A DNA stretch of 64,000 nt from Sulfolobales archaeon (GTDB lineage Archaea; Thermoproteota; Thermoprotei_A; Sulfolobales; NBVN01). Made by a program: the position numbers and the translations under genes. Below are positions 62,082 to 64,000 of this stretch, one piece after another. The stretch is from positions 180,142 through 244,141 of the forward strand of contig JAWBTQ010000001.1 in NCBI GenBank assembly GCA_038841535.1, given 5' to 3'. Every line of letters starts with the position of its first letter. The stretch's first letter is position 1. The notes below the pieces were generated by a model that searched no databases, was not told the origin of the DNA, and worked only from the letters and a program-made list of their open reading frames with translations.

Positions 62082-62531
62082 CTACCTATAGGATTTCTGC
62101 CTCCACCTCCTGGCGCTATACCTCATCCACTTTTCTGGTTCCGTCTGCCTTGGATCACCAGATAGCATGTACCTAGTATACTCTCTAAATAACTGCTTAA
62201 GCTCCTCACTACCTGTGAACTTAGCTAATCCTCTAGCAATAGCCATCCTAACGGCTTCCGCTTGAGCCATGTACCCCCCTCCAGAGACTCTAACGCTTAT
62301 ATCTACAGATTTCCTAATACTGTCACCAGCTAGCAGAAGGGGTTCCATCATCTTTATTCTAGCTAGCTCTATGGGAAATATCTCGATGGGGACGTCGTTA
62401 ACCCAAACTCTACCAGAACCTTGAGTTACTGTAGCTCTCGCCACTGCTGTTTTTCTTTTACCGATCTCAATTACAACCTTCAACTGCTTACCCTTTGAGG
62501 GATCCGTTCTAGACACCGCACCTGCGCTCAT
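62082..62531 (-). CDS. rps9: 30S ribosomal protein uS9
   Basis: GKRKTAVA, GGGYMAQAEA, QKSYR. Confidence 0.97.
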   Translation of the reverse strand: MSAGAVSRTDPSKGKQLKVVIEIGKRKTAVARATVTQGSGRVWVNDVPIEIFPIELARIKMMEPLLLAGDSIRKSVDISVRVSGGGYMAQAEAVRMAIARGLAKFTGSEELKQLFREYTRYMLSGDPRQTEPEKWMRYSARRWRQKSYR

Positions 62532-62983
62532 ACCTTACCCCTCCAGCCTAAATACTTAGCTACCTCACCTACTGTTATGTATTCATGCTTAAGTTTACTA
62601 GCTCTAGCCTCAGGAATTTCGATAGCGACCAGCTTCATTTTCTTTACTTCCTCTGGGTAGCCTACGTAAACCTTCAGCTTTTTGAGTAGCGTAATCTTCT
62701 TAAATGGATCCTTCGGGAGCATTCCCCTAACGGCGTACTTCACTATAGACACAGGATTTCTAGGTCTGTGCGGTGACCATTTACTCGGGTTTCTCAGTGT
62801 CTTGATTTCGAACCACGTGGCGTAAGATTCTTTAATCGTGTGTGGGTCCCCACTTACTACAGCCTTTTCTGCGTTAACTACGTGAACTCTGTAACCATAC
62901 TTAAGGAACTTAGCTACTACCGAAGCCAACCTACCTAGGATAAGGCCTTCGGCATCTATTAAGATCTCCTTGCTGTAGCTCAT
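62528..62983 (-). CDS. rpl13: 50S ribosomal protein uL13
   Basis: ILGRLAS, VNAEKA, VRGMLP. Confidence 0.97.
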   Translation of the reverse strand: MSYSKEILIDAEGLILGRLASVVAKFLKYGYRVHVVNAEKAVVSGDPHTIKESYATWFEIKTLRNPSKWSPHRPRNPVSIVKYAVRGMLPKDPFKKITLLKKLKVYVGYPEEVKKMKLVAIEIPEARASKLKHEYITVGEVAKYLGWRGKV

Positions 62984-63342
62984 ATTATCACCTTCACGTT
63001 AGAGCCCTGAGGATTTACTTTTAGAAGCTCGGTAATCGGAATAGCTGAACCACCAGCACTACGGATCTTCTCTAAAGCTCTCTTCGAGAACGATACAGCT
63101 GCGACGGTCACCGGTTTCTTTAAGGTTCCTGCTCCAAGGACTTTTCCTGGTACAACGATGTATTCCCCCTGACTTGAGAATCTGCTTACCTTGCTTAAGT
63201 TAACTACCACGCGCCTTCTAGAGGGTTTCTCCAGCAAGTCAGCCACGTAGTCCCATATTCTAACACTATATTGATTAGAAGTCCTTCTTAGCTCTCTAAC
63301 TAGCTTCCTTATAACTACGTTCGTCGGTCCCGTACGCTTCAT
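62980..63342 (-). CDS. rpl18e: 50S ribosomal protein eL18
   Basis: TGPTN, VNLSK, VPGKVLG. Confidence 0.96.
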   Translation of the reverse strand: MKRTGPTNVVIRKLVRELRRTSNQYSVRIWDYVADLLEKPSRRRVVVNLSKVSRFSSQGEYIVVPGKVLGAGTLKKPVTVAAVSFSKRALEKIRSAGGSAIPITELLKVNPQGSNVKVII

Positions 63343-64000
63343 GCTCTCACACCTCTAGCAGAGAAAACTCTATCGAGATGCTCATGCAGTTCTAATAGTT
63401 TTTTCTTGATTTGAAGCATTGCCTCACCAACTATTCTCTCGGGACTTAAAGCACCCGATGACTCTACACGCAGTTTGTACTCGTCTTTACGCCAGCTAAG
63501 GTCTATCGCCTCCGGTCCACAAACTTTAACGCACTGCCTACAGAGAGTGCACTTGCTTTCATCAACAACTACTTCCCCCGCTCTGATAGTTATCGCCTTG
63601 GTCGGGCAGTACTCAGCGCACAGCCCGCACATAGTGCACCTATAGGTAGAGATAGTCACCTTAGGTATGTACGTGAGTACAGAAACCGTCGCCGGAGACC
63701 ACTTAATATGTTCCTTCCCCCTACCGAGTCTAGCCCATGCTTCAAGGACTACTCTCTGCTGAGGGCCTAACTTAAGTACAGGGATCCCCCCGTCTACGGG
63801 GACAATCTCCGGGTCGTCTTGAGGTTTTATGTCCCTAGAGTACACAACCAGCTCTTCCTGAGGCCCGCTCTCGGCTTCAAGGTAGAAACTAGCATAGCAT
63901 CCATCCGCTAAAGCACTGCCTCTACATTCTTCAGGTTGCTTATAGCGCTCAAGTGCGTGGTCGGACTTCAGCGGAATTAGGGCCAAGCGGTGAGATATTA
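63339..64000 (-). CDS. rpoD: RNA polymerase subunit Rpo3 (D) with ferredoxin-like domain (5' end outside window)
   Basis: SHRLALIP, GRGKEHIKWSP, two CxxCxxCxxxC motifs, VESSG. Confidence 0.96.
   Translation of the reverse strand, partial: ISHRLALIPLKSDHALERYKQPEECRGSALADGCYASFYLEAESGPQEELVVYSRDIKPQDDPEIVPVDGGIPVLKLGPQQRVVLEAWARLGRGKEHIKWSPATVSVLTYIPKVTISTYRCTMCGLCAEYCPTKAITIRAGEVVVDESKCTLCRQCVKVCGPEAIDLSWRKDEYKLRVESSGALSPERIVGEAMLQIKKKLLELHEHLDRVFSARGVRA

Noticed and set aside
1-64000. CRISPR array or cas genes
   Set aside because: No regularly spaced 24-40 nt direct repeats and no cas motifs seen.
63339-64000. Ferredoxin-like domain in Rpo3 as a novelty
   Set aside because: It is a known feature of many archaeal D subunits.

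Overview
This 64 kb window comes from a Thermoproteota (crenarchaeal, Desulfurococcales/Sulfolobales-like) chromosome. The lineage call rests on an undivided RpoB, split RpoA'/A'', archaeal r-proteins and a crenarchaeal-type pyruvoyl arginine decarboxylase. Most of the window is core informational genes: the S10-spc r-protein cluster with secY/adk, rpoH-B-A'-A''-eL30-nusA-uS12, pheST, proS, pelota, rtcB, archease, tRNA-Lys(UUU), ndk/eL24/eS28 and rpoD-eL18-uL13-uS9-rpoN-uS2-MEMO1. The left 12 kb holds peptide catabolism and transport genes and decayed genes. The most interesting signal is non-coding. Several short GC-rich structured elements recur on both strands (family A at 34526, 43002 and degenerate at 1901; family B at 31721 and 42809). 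They look like IS200/IS605 tnpB 3' ends (omegaRNA-like scaffolds) fused to a 5' hairpin with the ORF deleted, some with their own TATA box. At 42.8-43.9 kb they form a tandem run behind a tnpB pseudogene, and two of them bracket an rtcB block that interrupts the S10 operon. Other observations: a candidate box C/D sRNA upstream of uL3, an unannotated 42-aa ORF, a CTG start for nusA, an N-terminally extended Rpo1C, a MoaD-MoaE fusion and a palindromic bidirectional promoter between eL24 and eS28. All family calls come from motif recognition by eye; no searches were run.
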